From Jimgerdemannia flammicorona (taxonomy: Eukaryota): DNA of 36,689 nucleotides. Positions 21,850 through 33,845 of the stretch are shown piece after piece. The DNA is taken from NCBI GenBank assembly GCA_003990765.1, contig RBNJ01000205.1, positions 1-36,689 of the forward strand, written 5' to 3'. The translations under genes were made by a program, and so were the position numbers. Position 1 is the stretch's first letter, and every line of letters begins with the position of its first letter. A model generated the notes under the pieces. That model did no database searches. It was given only the letters and a program-made list of their open reading frames with translations, and was not told the DNA's origin.

Positions 21850-24800
21850 TAACTAATGTTTTTTCATTGAATGTGAATAGACTATGGGGTTCAATTCAAT
21901 ATAAGAATATTTTTTCTTGGCTGAAGAGATTGGAGGCTGATCTCTTTCTTTTACAGGATGTCAGATGTGAGAATGATTTGGATAGACTGGAATAGATAAA
22001 GAAATGGGGAGGTGAGGCAGTTTGAAAGGACAAAGTTGAGATTCTGGTCCAGAGAGACAGAGGGGAGATACAAGATATAAGGAGCTGAGGAGACAGGTTG
22101 GTTTGGGGAGAGTGAATATGACCAGATTGGGAGCCAGTTACAGTGGATTTCTGCTATTACCCTGCTGTGTGGAGTAAGTGTACAGATTGGGTGAAGAGTC
22201 TTCAGGAGAGTAGGGCCCTTATAGAGACTAGAGTGGACATACTTGGAGGGGACTTCAATATGGTCCAGGATGTACTGGTGGATAGGACTGATAGTGAGAG
22301 GGGGGCTGAGAATAGGAGTGGAGATCTGGAGATATGAGAGGAAGTAAAAAGGTTGAGCACTCTGGTGGATATGAGCAGGGGGTTCTGAAGTAATAGAAAG
22401 GTATATACACACTGGGCAAGTAGCCTGGAGATAAGGATTGACTGGGTTCTGATGGTAGACTGCTGGGGCTTAGATGTTTGGAAGTTACTGGAGGCTGAGT
22501 AGTATCTGTAGTCTAATAATTAGGGGCTACTAGGGCAGGGTCTTTTTGGGGGGAGTGGGGATGGGCCTGAACATTGGCACCACAATTCCTCTTTATTAGA
22601 TAAGAAGGTATTGTGGGACAAGTGGACTGAGGACATTCAGCAGAGGATAGAAAGTTGGGTATAGGAAGGTGCCCTGATTGGTGTCCAGTAGATAAGGCTA
22701 AAGGAGGCTACTAGGATCTACTGGAGTGAGGCTGGTAAGGTAGTTGGAAGACAGAGGAAGAAGAGAGTAATGTGGGCTTCTGCTAGACTAGCTAGGCTTT
22801 TGGAAGACTGGGCAGATTTATTGACCCTAGAGGGGGTAGAGGACTGGCAATTGATACAGGTGAAAATGGAGGTTACAGAGTTACAACAGGTGTTATAAGA
22901 GAAGGAGGAGGTATAGGTACAAAGTTTGGTTATGCAGTTATGTTGGCAGGGGCTGAAGGAAGGAGAGAGGCCCTCTAATTTTCTCATGAGGACTCTTTGG
23001 GCAAGGAGAGTAAAGCAGAGGTGAGAGGAGATACTAGATTCTGATGGTCTACTGGTGTATAATATACAAGACATTCTCAGATTACTAAAGGAGAGGTGAA
23101 GTGGTTTGTGGAGTGAGGAGGAGAGTGGGGCTGATGCTACTACCATTGACTATGCTTTGGAGGATTGGCACCCACTGCAGGCAGATAGGCTGGGCAGCTT
23201 GGTGATACCTATACAGGAGGAGGAGATTGGTCAGATTCTTGCTGTAACTATACTGGGCATAGCACCAGGGAAGGATGGTCTGCCCTGGGACTTTTGGAAG
23301 AAGATGGTGGGAGTCTCTAAAGTGATGAGAGAGTTGATGGTACTTTGTGACTGGTACTACAGTTAGGGAAATGAGTAGATGATCAGAATCTGAGGCTAGT
23401 GGTACTACTATATAAGAACAAGGATAGGAGGGAGGACTGAAAGAACTGGTGGCCTATTATACTTCTGAATATAGACAGAAAGTTGGTCACTAAGGTGGTG
23501 GTGGTGAGGCTGCAAAAGGTGGCCCAGTAAGTCTTTGGAGAGGAGCAGTAAGGCTTTGTAGAGAGCTGGCTCATTAGGGATGGTATGGCCTAGGTATATA
23601 GAGTTATTGAAGGAATATGAGCCTGTGGACTGGATGGGCAAATGGTTTTCCTGGATCAGAAGAAGATATATGACTGTGTTTACAAGGTCTAGTTGGTGAA
23701 AGTATTGGATAAGATTAGTGTCTCTCAGTAGTTCTGAGTGGCAATGGTCAGCCTACTAGAAGGGAGTAGAGCAGCACTTATGTGTAATAGGCATCAAGAG
23801 GTAGTATTCCCCCTAGATAGAGGGGTTCTCCAGGGGGACCCACTGTCCACCATTCTGTATGCCCTTTTCTTGGAGTTCTTGATAGATAGGATTTGGTAAA
23901 AGATTGTAGGGCTCTCAATATTTGACATTGTGTAGAAAGTTGGAGCCTTTGTGGACAATATAGTAGTTGGTCTGAGATTAATCGCTAATGTTGAGGAACT
24001 CAAGGAGATAGTAGAGTGATATGAGATATACTCTGGGGCTAAACTCAATTAATATAAGTATGAAATGATAGTATTGGATAATGGCCTGGTAGGAGAAGAT
24101 GTCATTGGAACAATTGTCTCTACTGAAGAGGTAGTAAGATACTTAAGTATCTATCTTTCAATATATGGGTCAGTCCTACTAAGACCTTGGTGGGAGCAGT
24201 GAATTGTGATCTGGGGAGAGGCTCTGCAGAGTTGAAGAGGCCACTACTTGTTGCTGGCAAGGTGTATTTCTATTTTGAATATCTATTGACTGTCAAAGTT
24301 ATGATACTTGGCTTATCATCTGGACTTCCTGGCCTGGGTGGTAAAGAGATTATTGAAACTGGCCAAGGGTTAGATCTGGGCTAGGAGGAGGAGTCAGATT
24401 AGCTGAGATATCTAGTCTTTGCCAGTAGCTAGAGGGGGTCTTGGGCTGGTTGACTTCCCAAAGAGGCTGTACTGTCTGAGAGTATGGTGACTGAAGAGAG
24501 CTGTAGAGCTGAGAGGTAGTAGCTGGATCTCTCTGATGAAGAAGATTTTAGAGATGAGGTCCTTGTCAAGAGGCTCTACAGAAGATCTACTATCCTTGGT
24601 TGGACTTCAGAATAGTGGGTATATGTGGTATAAGGACTTCTGGTGGGAGATAGTGAATAGGGTACACCATATTGAAATTCACTAGCAGAGAGATAAAGGA
24701 GTATTACCTTGGAGCCCAGTGATGTGGAGATGGGACTGAGTATTGCTGGAGGGCATTTTCCTAATTAACTTCAATATTAGTGATGGAGTCAAGTACCAGA

Positions 24801-25560
24801 GGGAGCTGAGACAGAATGTATGGCCCAGTAGATGGTAGTTGGTAGGTATAGAAGAGAAGTAGGACTAGAATGAGGTCTGGGCCTAGAGTGTAGAGATAAG
24901 GTAATGACTATCACTTAAGTACTAGATGGTCTGGTGGCATATACTATAGAGAAATATTATACTCAACTTTCATTCAGATCATCTTATAGAGGGAGGAAGC
25001 TTTGACTGTGAGAAGTACTACAATATAGGATAGGAAGGAGAATTTGTACAAATACCAGAACATTGGCTGGGAGAGTACAAGGTGCTTAGCAACTTTTGGC
25101 TAGTAGTTGGAAATCAATTAGGGGTCATATATAGGAGGAATGGTGAGAGGGGTCAGTGGGAGAATTTGAGGGATAGATTGGTGGAGGGGGGGGTTGGAAA
25201 GGAGTGACTTACTTTAGGTTGAGTATTGGCTATATAGGTAGGGCTAGCAGATCACTAGTTGTTTGTTTTTGAGAAAGAGAGGTATTTGGGTCTAGGGGTA
25301 TAGCTGTTGAGGTGAGAAGGATTGATAGAGGATATTTTGATAAGATGGTGACTAGGTTGGGGTCTGCAGAGTAATTGATATTATTATTTAGTGAAGAAAA
25401 TCTGTAGGAAAAGTGGGAGAAGAGTTGGAGTAATAGGTGATAAGGTGGAATTTAAGTATGAGGATATCAAGGGGGGGGGGCTCCCCTATGGAGATTAGGT
25501 AGTAGGAGGAGATACTGCAATTATATTAATAGACTGATAATAAATGGCAAAGTCTAAGTA
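21850..25560 (+). pseudogene. LINE ORF2 pseudogene (APE endonuclease plus reverse transcriptase)
   Basis: SLNVNRL, LFLLQD, LGGDFN, RIDWVL, APGKDGLPWDFW, KNWWPIILLNIDRK, FLDQKKIYDCV, GVLQGDPLS, AFVDNIVV (decayed ADD), SGAKLN. Confidence 0.92.
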
Positions 25561-25591
<31 letters not shown>

Positions 25592-25596
25592 ATTAT

Positions 25597-25650
25597 AAGA
25601 ACTACCCAGAATACCTTATTAAATAGAAATATTATCTAATCTATGATATA
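25597..25650 (+). mobile_element. Remainder of the gypsy chromodomain
   Basis: KNYPEYLIK*KYYLIYD (decayed EYLVKWKGY), in frame with 19711. Confidence 0.75.
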
Positions 25651-26021
25651 ATAATAGCTAAAAGTGTAATAATATTTAGTTTTTATTAATATTTAATTAT
25701 ATTATAATTCTAATATAAAATATTTTAAATCAGAATTTTAACTATTAATAGACTAGTATCTAAGCTTTTGAATAGTATATGTTTTATTTTATTTGGATAA
25801 TTATGAATATTAATATAATCAGTTTAAGTTAAATTATCTATTGGTACACTTTTGACCCTTTTTGATATATAAACTTTTTTTTTTTTTTTAGTATATATAT
25901 TTTACATACTATTAATATCAAAATTTCACTATTATTGTTTCAGATATTCTTTATAACTCTATGGTGTTTTTGTACAATATCAATTTAGTCTATTGTTTTA
26001 ATTTCCAAATTAGACTATAAA

Positions 26022-26542
26022 TATTTTCCTTAATAACTTAGTGAGTTTTTAGTCAATTTTAATAATCTTGATGTCTTTGAAAAATCATTCTTGAGAGCTT
26101 TTCAAAGATCTCAAGAATGTTAAAATTGGAAGAAAATTCACCAAGTTGTTAAGAAAAATATCCAATTTTAATGTTTATGATATCATTATAAAGCTTTCTA
26201 TAATAGCTTTCTAATGATACTAAGATTATCAAAATTGGATGAAATCTCACTAGTTGTCAAGGAAAATGTTTGGTAGTCTAATTGGTAAAATAAGTATCAG
26301 TATAATAAAAAAAAACTCTCAAAAGGTAGATAAAGATGAGTATCAGTATAGTAAAAAGAACTCTCAAAAGACAGGTATATATATGAAAGCAAAAAAAATC
26401 TATAATGGCCATAAATAGATATAGTACAATCTCAAAACTAAATCATATGACCAAAACTCTAAAATTTAGTTACTCAATAACTCAGTGAGATTTTATCTAA
26501 TTTCGATGATCTTGGTATTATTGAAAAGCTTTTATAGAGAGC
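26022..26542. repeat. Cluster of long imperfect palindromes (26022-26160, 26161-26240, half copy at 26465-26542)
   Basis: Arms of ~60 bp (TATTTTCCTTAATAACTTAGTGA... / ...TCACCAAGTTGTTAAGAAAAATA) around a GAAAA-spacer-GCTTTTC core. Homologous to window bases 1-115. Confidence 0.8.
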
Positions 26543-27146
26543 AGTAGAAGGAGAGGGTATAATAGGAGCCAGAGGAGAGCTGGAAGAACTGACAAGAGAG
26601 GCAAAACCCAAGCCAAGATCAAAAAAGATAGTGAAAAGGTAAGATATAGAAAAGGTGAGAAATAAGAATAGATAAAGAACAGGGTAGAAATTGCATCTAT
26701 TCTTTATTGCTATACAAATGTATAGTTCTTATATATAAAAACAAAGTCCCAAAAATAAATGATATACTATAATATAAAGATAACCAGATTAAGAATCTTA
26801 TATTATATAAAGATAAGAGAGGAGCCAATTCTAGAGTAAGTATAAAAATTAGAAACAAACAAATCCAAATTAAGATTAAAAAACATCCTGGCCCCCTCTG
26901 AAGTCTTGCACTCACTCCAGAGTCTTGGTCTTTACTCTAATCCTCTCTGTTATCTTCAGTCTCTTAACTTTACCTTGGGCTTACTGCAGCTTACTCTGCT
27001 TGACCTTACTTCTTACTTATGCTCACCTCTCTGAAGTCTGTAGATATTTTTTAATCTCAATTTATATTTGTTTATTTCTGATTTTTATACTCACTCTGGG
27101 ATTGGCTCCTTCTTTATCTTTATGTAATATGAGGTTCTTAATCTAG

Positions 27147-27500
27147 TGTAACGTAGTGGACATGGAATTTAGTAAGTTGGATGGATTTTAGAATTGGACT
27201 GGTTTGATCTGACTCGTTCTGACTGAGGTTTATTCACTCTAAAATACTGAGTTATTTATACAGATTTGTGCACTAATTCTGCTACTAAATATGCAGCTAA
27301 GTATTAAGTCTTTTTATGTGAAATTCTCAGGTAGAATCTCATGTGAAATCTTATCTGAAATTTGTGAAAGTAACAAGAGTTTCACTGATAATGTTTTAGA
27401 TGCAGTGTCCGCAGTAAAAGACTATACTAAATTGGAAATTGGATTCAGGTACTACGATCAAATATCTATTTCCTGTTTCTATTTCATACCATACATCACA
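27147..27500 (-). mobile_element. Solo LTR (354 bp); orientation inferred
   Basis: TGTAACGTAG...ATACATCACA termini; 4-bp TSD CTAG (27143-27146, 27501-27504). The homologous pseudo-LTR at ~31175 is uninterrupted (TTAATCCAGTTATC). Confidence 0.88.
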
Positions 27501-27755
27501 CTAGTTATCTCTATATTGTAGTATATCATTTCTTTTTGGGACTTTATTTTTATATATAAGAACTATGCTTTTGTGTAGCAATAAATAATAGATATAATTT
27601 TCACCCTGTTCTTTGTCTGTCCTTATTTCTCACCTTTCTTATATTTTACTTTCTCTCTGTCTCTTTTAATTTTGGCTCAGACTTTGCTCTTCTTACTAGT
27701 CCTTCCAGCCCTCCCCTGGCTCTCATTATACTCTCTCCTTCTACTACTACTGCTT

Positions 27756-30700
27756 CTGTCTCTCTCTGAGATCTCTGCTACTGATATAGTCATAGAAGAT
27801 ACTCTTTCTATTTTCTCTTCTACCTGCTTCTCTTCTGCTAATGTCTCATTTAACACTTATATATCTTCTACCATTCTCTCTCTCTCTCTTGATCTTTATT
27901 CATTAGACTATTCTCTTCTCACTCAATTTTACTTAGTTCTTACTCTCTCTACCAAGGAGGTATATCTTTAATGTGACATTGATGCTATGGTTTTGTCTGC
28001 TATCAAGTTCTCTATCCTCTCTGAGGACTATCATCAAGTCTTCTTTAAGGAGATTTGTGAAGCCTCCATTACTACCAAGACTGCTGCTACCAATATAGTA
28101 TATGATGTCACCTCTGTGGCCTCTGTCTAATTCTATCTAGACTGTACTGTCTTTGTGATCCTCACTACCTCTCACCTTACTGATACCACCCCCTTTTATA
28201 GCTTCCAAGCTAATGAAGTTTCTTCTGCTACTGCTGATGTTGATGATATTTAATATTTCCTTATCACTAGCTATTCTTTCCTATCTTATCCATAAGGCTG
28301 AGGTCTCTTATACTGCTACTGCTACTCATACTGTCACTACTACTTCCACCCCAGTCTCTTCTGAGGTTTCCATCTCTGAGGCTATTTAGGCTGAAGCTTA
28401 GACTACTGTCTATACTGAGGTTTACTCCTATGCTACCATCACTGCTAAGGGCCCCAAGGCCACCAAGACCCCCAAGGCTTCTGCTGCTAAGAAGTCTTTG
28501 GCCTCTTCCTATTTCTCTTCTTCTAAAGCTGCCTCCTGTTATGATCATAGTCTTGGCATTCACCCTGTAGGCTCCTGGCCCTACTCTACCTACTCTGGCC
28601 ACCTCTACCAGGCCTATTAGCACTCTGCTAAGTCCACCTGTCCATATAGTGGTACTTCTCTACCTACTGCTACTACTTCCACTGCTGCCCCCTCCTTCTT
28701 CTCCAAGATATCATCCTGCTCTTACTCTTCCTCTGCCTCTTCTACTGCCTCCTCTGGGTCTCACTCCTCCTATACCTCTGAGTATAAAGACTACATAAAG
28801 GTCTGTGGCCATAAGGTCTGGTATTTGGACAGGGTCTACTTGTGATCATCTGTCTCACCCTACTTAAAAAAGTCTGAGAGAAGGAGAAGACCTCCCACTC
28901 TTAAACTTCCCCCTAGTCTAGTTCTCTTCTGATATTTCTATCTCTTCTTAGATCTCATTATTACTTCTGATATGCTCTGAGTAGTTTCTCATATTGTTCT
29001 CCCTTTATCTTTCTCAGTTGCTTATTCTGAACTTTTAGATTTATTCTTCTTCTAAAGTTCTTTTGTCCTCTCCTTTTTTTGGACTGACTGCTCCCTTACT
29101 CCCCTTCAAATTTTTGCACTTTCTTTAGGTTCTTGCTTTGTCTTTCTAATAACTCATTTCTAATTCTCCTTTATTGACCCAGCTTGGCTCAAGTACTTTT
29201 GTCATACTCTTGATCTTGCTATCTTCTTTGAAGGTTATACTGAGTTGCTCTCTTACTATTATATTTCTAACAAATAGGTCCTCCCTCTTAATGTCTCTTC
29301 ACACTGTATATTCCAAGACATGGCCTGCTTGCTAATCCTTTCAGATTGTGCTCACTCTTGCTTAATTTTAGGTTGTACTGTACATACTACACTTAAATCA
29401 GTTAAGCAATTGTCTTCATACTTACTTATAATCATTGATAAGAACCAATATTTTGCTCTTATTCCTCAATTACTTTACCTTAGTGGCCTTACTGCCCTCC
29501 TTTATATCATAGCTTATAAGCCATATACTCTTGGATTGGATGAAATACTTTCTCTTCTCTGGGTTAATTTGATTTATATAGTCTCACTTTTGGATTCTCT
29601 ATTTGTACCTCTTATTTTTCACTTCTTTCAGGACTCTTTGTTCTTATCAAATATTTGTCTCTTAGTTTTTTATATTTTTCCTAAAGTTCACAAGTCTACT
29701 TTGGCTTAGTATTCCATTATAGCTATATTTTACTTATCTACTACTAAGGTTTCAAAATAGTTATTTCATTTTTTTCTCTCATAGATAGCTCTTCTTCAGC
29801 ACTATCTTGCTGAGTACATTATTCTTTATAATACTCAGGAGCTTATACTTCTCTGTTCTACTGTTATATCTGTTTACTATTTTTTCTATTTGGCCTCTAG
29901 TGATTTCTCTTCTTTCTACACTACTATTCATTTTGATGAGATTGCTAATTGCCTTCATTTCTTGAGATTTATTGTCTTTTCTTTAGATTCTCTGATTTTA
30001 TTAACCTCTATTTTGAGCTTACACTCTTCATCTATTACTCTAATTATTTTGAGTTAGCTCTTGGCTCCTTTTTGCCAGATTTCTGATATTGCTATAGAAA
30101 TAAATTATGTTCCCACTCTTGTCAATTTTGTTGATCTGGTCTATAAACTTTACATACTATATAATTCTTCTTCAGCTCTTACTATTGTATTCTAGACTGG
30201 GAATATCTTCTTTTACTAATATATTGATGATTTTATTATTCTTGTTATTGTTAATATTGATATTTCTAGTATATTTTATAGTATTTATCCTTCTCATTAT
30301 TCTATTATATAGATGCTTAGTATAACTAATATTTCTTTTTGGATCTTTTCATTTCTCTTTCTCCTTTTTGAACTATTGTTTATTCCAAATTTCTACATTT
30401 TCAACAGTTCTCTGACTATCATTCTAACTATCCTTGGCATACTCTTTATGAGTATATTTATGATGAGATTTGTCATCTTACTTTATAATACTCTCATCAG
30501 TCTGACTAAATGTCTACTGTCTAAGTTCTTGGTAACTTTATGGTCTATTGCTATGCTTACTCTATTTCTATCATTTGTGGTCTACTTACCTCTATTGAAT
30601 AGTCTGTTGTTCACTCTTATATTTTCTCTCTCTCTTATCCCCTCTTTCTTCTCTCTCTCCTTTCTTACTTATTCCATATCCTCTCTTCTTTCTCTCCTCC

Positions 30701-30900
30701 AATTTTTATTATACTATTTGATCAAGCTTGCTGGACTATACAATATCCTGATGTAGTTCTATACTCTTCTCTTTCATGCAACAGACTGTTGTCTCTTCCT
30801 TGACACTCTCTTATTACTCATTCATATCTTTCTTCTGTTTCTTTACTTATCTATCACTCTCATTTTGCATTTTCATCACCTTTGGATATCTCTGGCTCTG
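27756..30900 (+). pseudogene. Penelope-like reverse transcriptase pseudogene
   Basis: IIIDKN; FYIFPKVHK...*YSII (PKIHK..RPI); SSDFSSFYTTI; QISDIAIEINYVPTLVN (Q..GIAMG..P.LAN); *YIDD; FLDL; HSNYP. Confidence 0.85.
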
Positions 30901-31256
30901 TTAGAGAAGATTAAAAAACATCTTGGTCTCCTTTAGAATCTTGTACTCACTCTGGGGTCTCAGTCTTTACTTCACTTCTCTTTACTACCTTTGGCCCCTC
31001 AGCTTCACCTTAAGCTCACTATTGGCTCACTCTATTTGACCTCACCTCTCACTCACACTCATCTCTCTAGAGTCTGCAGATATTTTTTAATCTTGATTTC
31101 GATTTATTTATTTCTGATTTTTATACTCACTCTGAGATTGACTCTCTTTTTATCTTTGTATGATATAAGGTTCTTAATCCAGTTATCTCTATATTGTAGT
31201 ATATTGTTCCTTTTTGAGACTTCATTTTTATATATAAAAATTGTACTTTTGTATAG

Positions 31257-32844
31257 TATAATAATGACCTCAGAATGGTGACATCATCATAGGAGATAGT
31301 CTTTCCTTATAAGTTACTACATCAGAGTATAAGAAGATTATATAGCATAACTTACCCAGGCTATAAGATAAGCAATGATGACTAACTATAAGTCATCATG
31401 ACTACAAGATAGATATCTCAAAGAATATAAAAGAAGAACTAAAAAACTGCAGCAGTAGCAACTCAAACAAGACTCACAAAATCCTGAAATAGTTCAAAGA
31501 CTCACTATAAATGAAATGTCTACCACCTGCCAAACCTCAAGGTCTAGGAACTATCAAGAATTCTCAGTCTAAGAAAGAATGTTCCAAGACATCAGAAGAG
31601 CCATAAGGACCCACACCAGAAGGACTCCTAGTCTTAACCTGAATATAGATGACTTTTATTACTTTATTCTCAATTACTATAAAATGGAAACAAGGATTAC
31701 TATAACTACCAAATGCCTCTAGATATGGCAGGAGTATGAAATAAGAAACCTCCTCTACCAGAAATTCTCTCAGGTCAGTCTCTAAGAGATATAAGATATT
31801 ACCTCTATGGATATATATAAGTTGAGAATAGCCAAAAAGATCCATCAAGTCTTCAAGTATATACCTTGATTGATATCCAACTTAGAGTATACCAGAGTCT
31901 CAGACTTTAAGAAATCATCAGTCTGCTGCATAGATATACTAGAGGCCATGGTAGTAATAAAAGTCCAATCTACTATCATCCTTAAAAGTGATAAGGTAGG
32001 AGAGTTCTGGAATCCCATCCTTGAGAATAATTTTAATCAATTTCTACAAGAATTAATCTTAGTATTCTAAGGCCCCAGTATCTAGGTTAGACTCTCTCTT
32101 TATCTCCTACTTTATAGAGGAGAATCTTATAGATTAGAGAGCCTCTGATCTCCTTGCTCCTACTATCCCTAAATGTGATGATGTCATCAGCAATAATGTT
32201 ACTAGCAATGATATCATCCTGCTATTTGACAATATGTACAAAATGCATAATATATACAAAATATGTAAAATGGATAAAATGTTCACTAATCTCATTTCCT
32301 TCAAAGATATCCTGTCCCTGTCCTTTAGCCTTAATGATAGTAATGAAGATGAAGTCTCCAGGATTCTAAATATTCTGCTCTGAGTTCTTTATATAACTAT
32401 CAGAAATTATTTCAGTATTCTGATCTTATACAACCAATTGTACAGACACTTAAATTTATACTTACAACTGAAGTTTTCTATGTTCAAGTATCTCATTTAT
32501 TTGATTATTGGAATTTATATTTAGTTTTATAACTTAGCAACTATTGAATTATATTTTGTATAAATACCCCTCTCATTTCTTTTGAAATAAAGTCAGTAGT
32601 CAAATATTCAAACACTCAAATCCCCAACTACTCAAGAGTACAGAAGTTCCAGTCCTCTACTCAATTCCAAACAAGCAAATCCAAGAGATAACAGAACAGT
32701 TTAAAGATAAGAAGTTTGAGGACTATAAGACCTTGGGAAGGCACTCCAATAGAACTTGCTTATAAGAAACTTGTAGTTGGTCTAAGAGATACACCTTGAA
32801 AAGAATCTGACATACTTGAAGAACTTAGCGCCCACTACGTGACA
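31257..32844 (+). mobile_element. Long solo LTR-like insertion (~1.6 kb)
   Basis: Splits the pseudo-LTR B block. Termini TATAAT (decayed TGTAAT) and CCACTACGTGACA. TSD ATAG/GTGG differs only by G>A. TATAAATA and AATAAA at ~32559-32591. Confidence 0.7.
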
Positions 32845-33845
32845 GTGGCAATAAACAATGGATGCAATTTCCGCCCTGTTCTTTGTCCATCCTTATTTCT
32901 TGCCTTCCCTATGTCTTGCTTTCCCTCCATCTCCTTTGACCTTGGCTTGGGCTTTGCCCCTCTTGCTGGTCCTTCCAGCCCTCCCCTGGCTCCCGTTGCG
33001 CCCCCTCCTTCTACTGTCATGTTTTCACGTGCTTACATGTGGAGTTGAAATAAAAATAACAATTTTATTTTACATGTGTGTCGGCCGTATGGCAAATACG
33101 GCACGGTCCTGCGCCACTTATCAACATCCCATCGCAACCTGTCAACCGAGCCCCGGCACGCTTTATCTCAGCACTCGAACGAGATCCCTGCGCGCCAAAC
33201 AGATGTGGTTTAGGTGGCCGCCCACGAGGCGCAGGTCTGTCCAGCAAACGCGAATTGAACCCCACTCCCGGTACTTGCGGTGGTTTCCACCGAGGTCTTG
33301 GAGGACGCGGATTTAGATATGGAGGCAAGAATTTGAAGAACGGCCACAACTTGAAGTTTCCGGCATGGAAGGTTGTTCTATAAGAGCGGATGCTGTTGCA
33401 GTAACCGAAAAATGGTCTGGACGAATTCCCATGGAGCATCGGATACCATCGTAGTCGGACTTGCAGCCCGGCTGAAGATAAAAAACAATCGGTGATGTTG
33501 GCGTAGGTGGAAGGATTTCGGCGGTTCATCATCCTTGCAAAATTGCGACACATCCCTGGTGAGAATCTACTTCCCATCAGGTTTCATCGTCGTAATAGGG
33601 CTGTTACCTTTGCACAAAGGTTGTTCACGCACCAAGAATTCCTGTTGCCCATTGTTGTATCCATCAATCCAGCATCAATTAATGTGTGAATCACGGGTCC
33701 GATTATTAATAGAAATATGAGTTGCTGGCTACATATTTTGAATTAGCTAATTATTTCCCAATGTCCTTACAGTCTCCATTATGAATTTCGTATGGCGACG
33801 GCAATTCATCGCTGGCTATGTCCCAATAACTGTTCCTCGACTCAT

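Larger units (their letters stand above)
19712..25586 (+). mobile_element. Full-length L1/Tx1-clade non-LTR retrotransposon with (TA)n tail
   Basis: Two ORFs; tail (TA)n at ~25567-25586; apparent 10-bp TSD ATATAACTAT (19702-19711) / ATATAATTAT (25587-25596). Removal restores the chromodomain frame. Confidence 0.9.
26542..33016 (+). mobile_element. Penelope-like retroelement with direct pseudo-LTRs and an inverted partial 5' copy; no endonuclease seen
   Basis: Layout is B-inverted (26542-26888), A+B (26872-27750), ORF, A+B (30907-33016). Both outer ends finish at ...CCTTCTACTG. Confidence 0.8.

Noticed and set aside
20200..24048. Minus-strand Ser-rich ORFs
   Set aside because: Antisense shadows of the purine-rich LINE ORFs.
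26940..26970. Hammerhead ribozyme core (CTGAAGA on the minus strand)
   Set aside because: Not conserved in the second pseudo-LTR (CCTTTGG there); likely a mutation product.
26697..31281. Hydrophobic 'membrane protein' ORFs in the ORF track
   Set aside because: Artefacts of C>T-saturated, pyrimidine-rich PLE sequence.
26542..33016. DIRS/Ngaro element suggested by split and inverted repeats
   Set aside because: RT motifs are Penelope-type (DKN, PKVHK, HSNYP); no RNase H or tyrosine recombinase motifs seen.
33065..33577. 170-aa ORF as an independent gene
   Set aside because: No recognisable domain and overlapping ORFs in several frames; cannot be supported from sequence alone.
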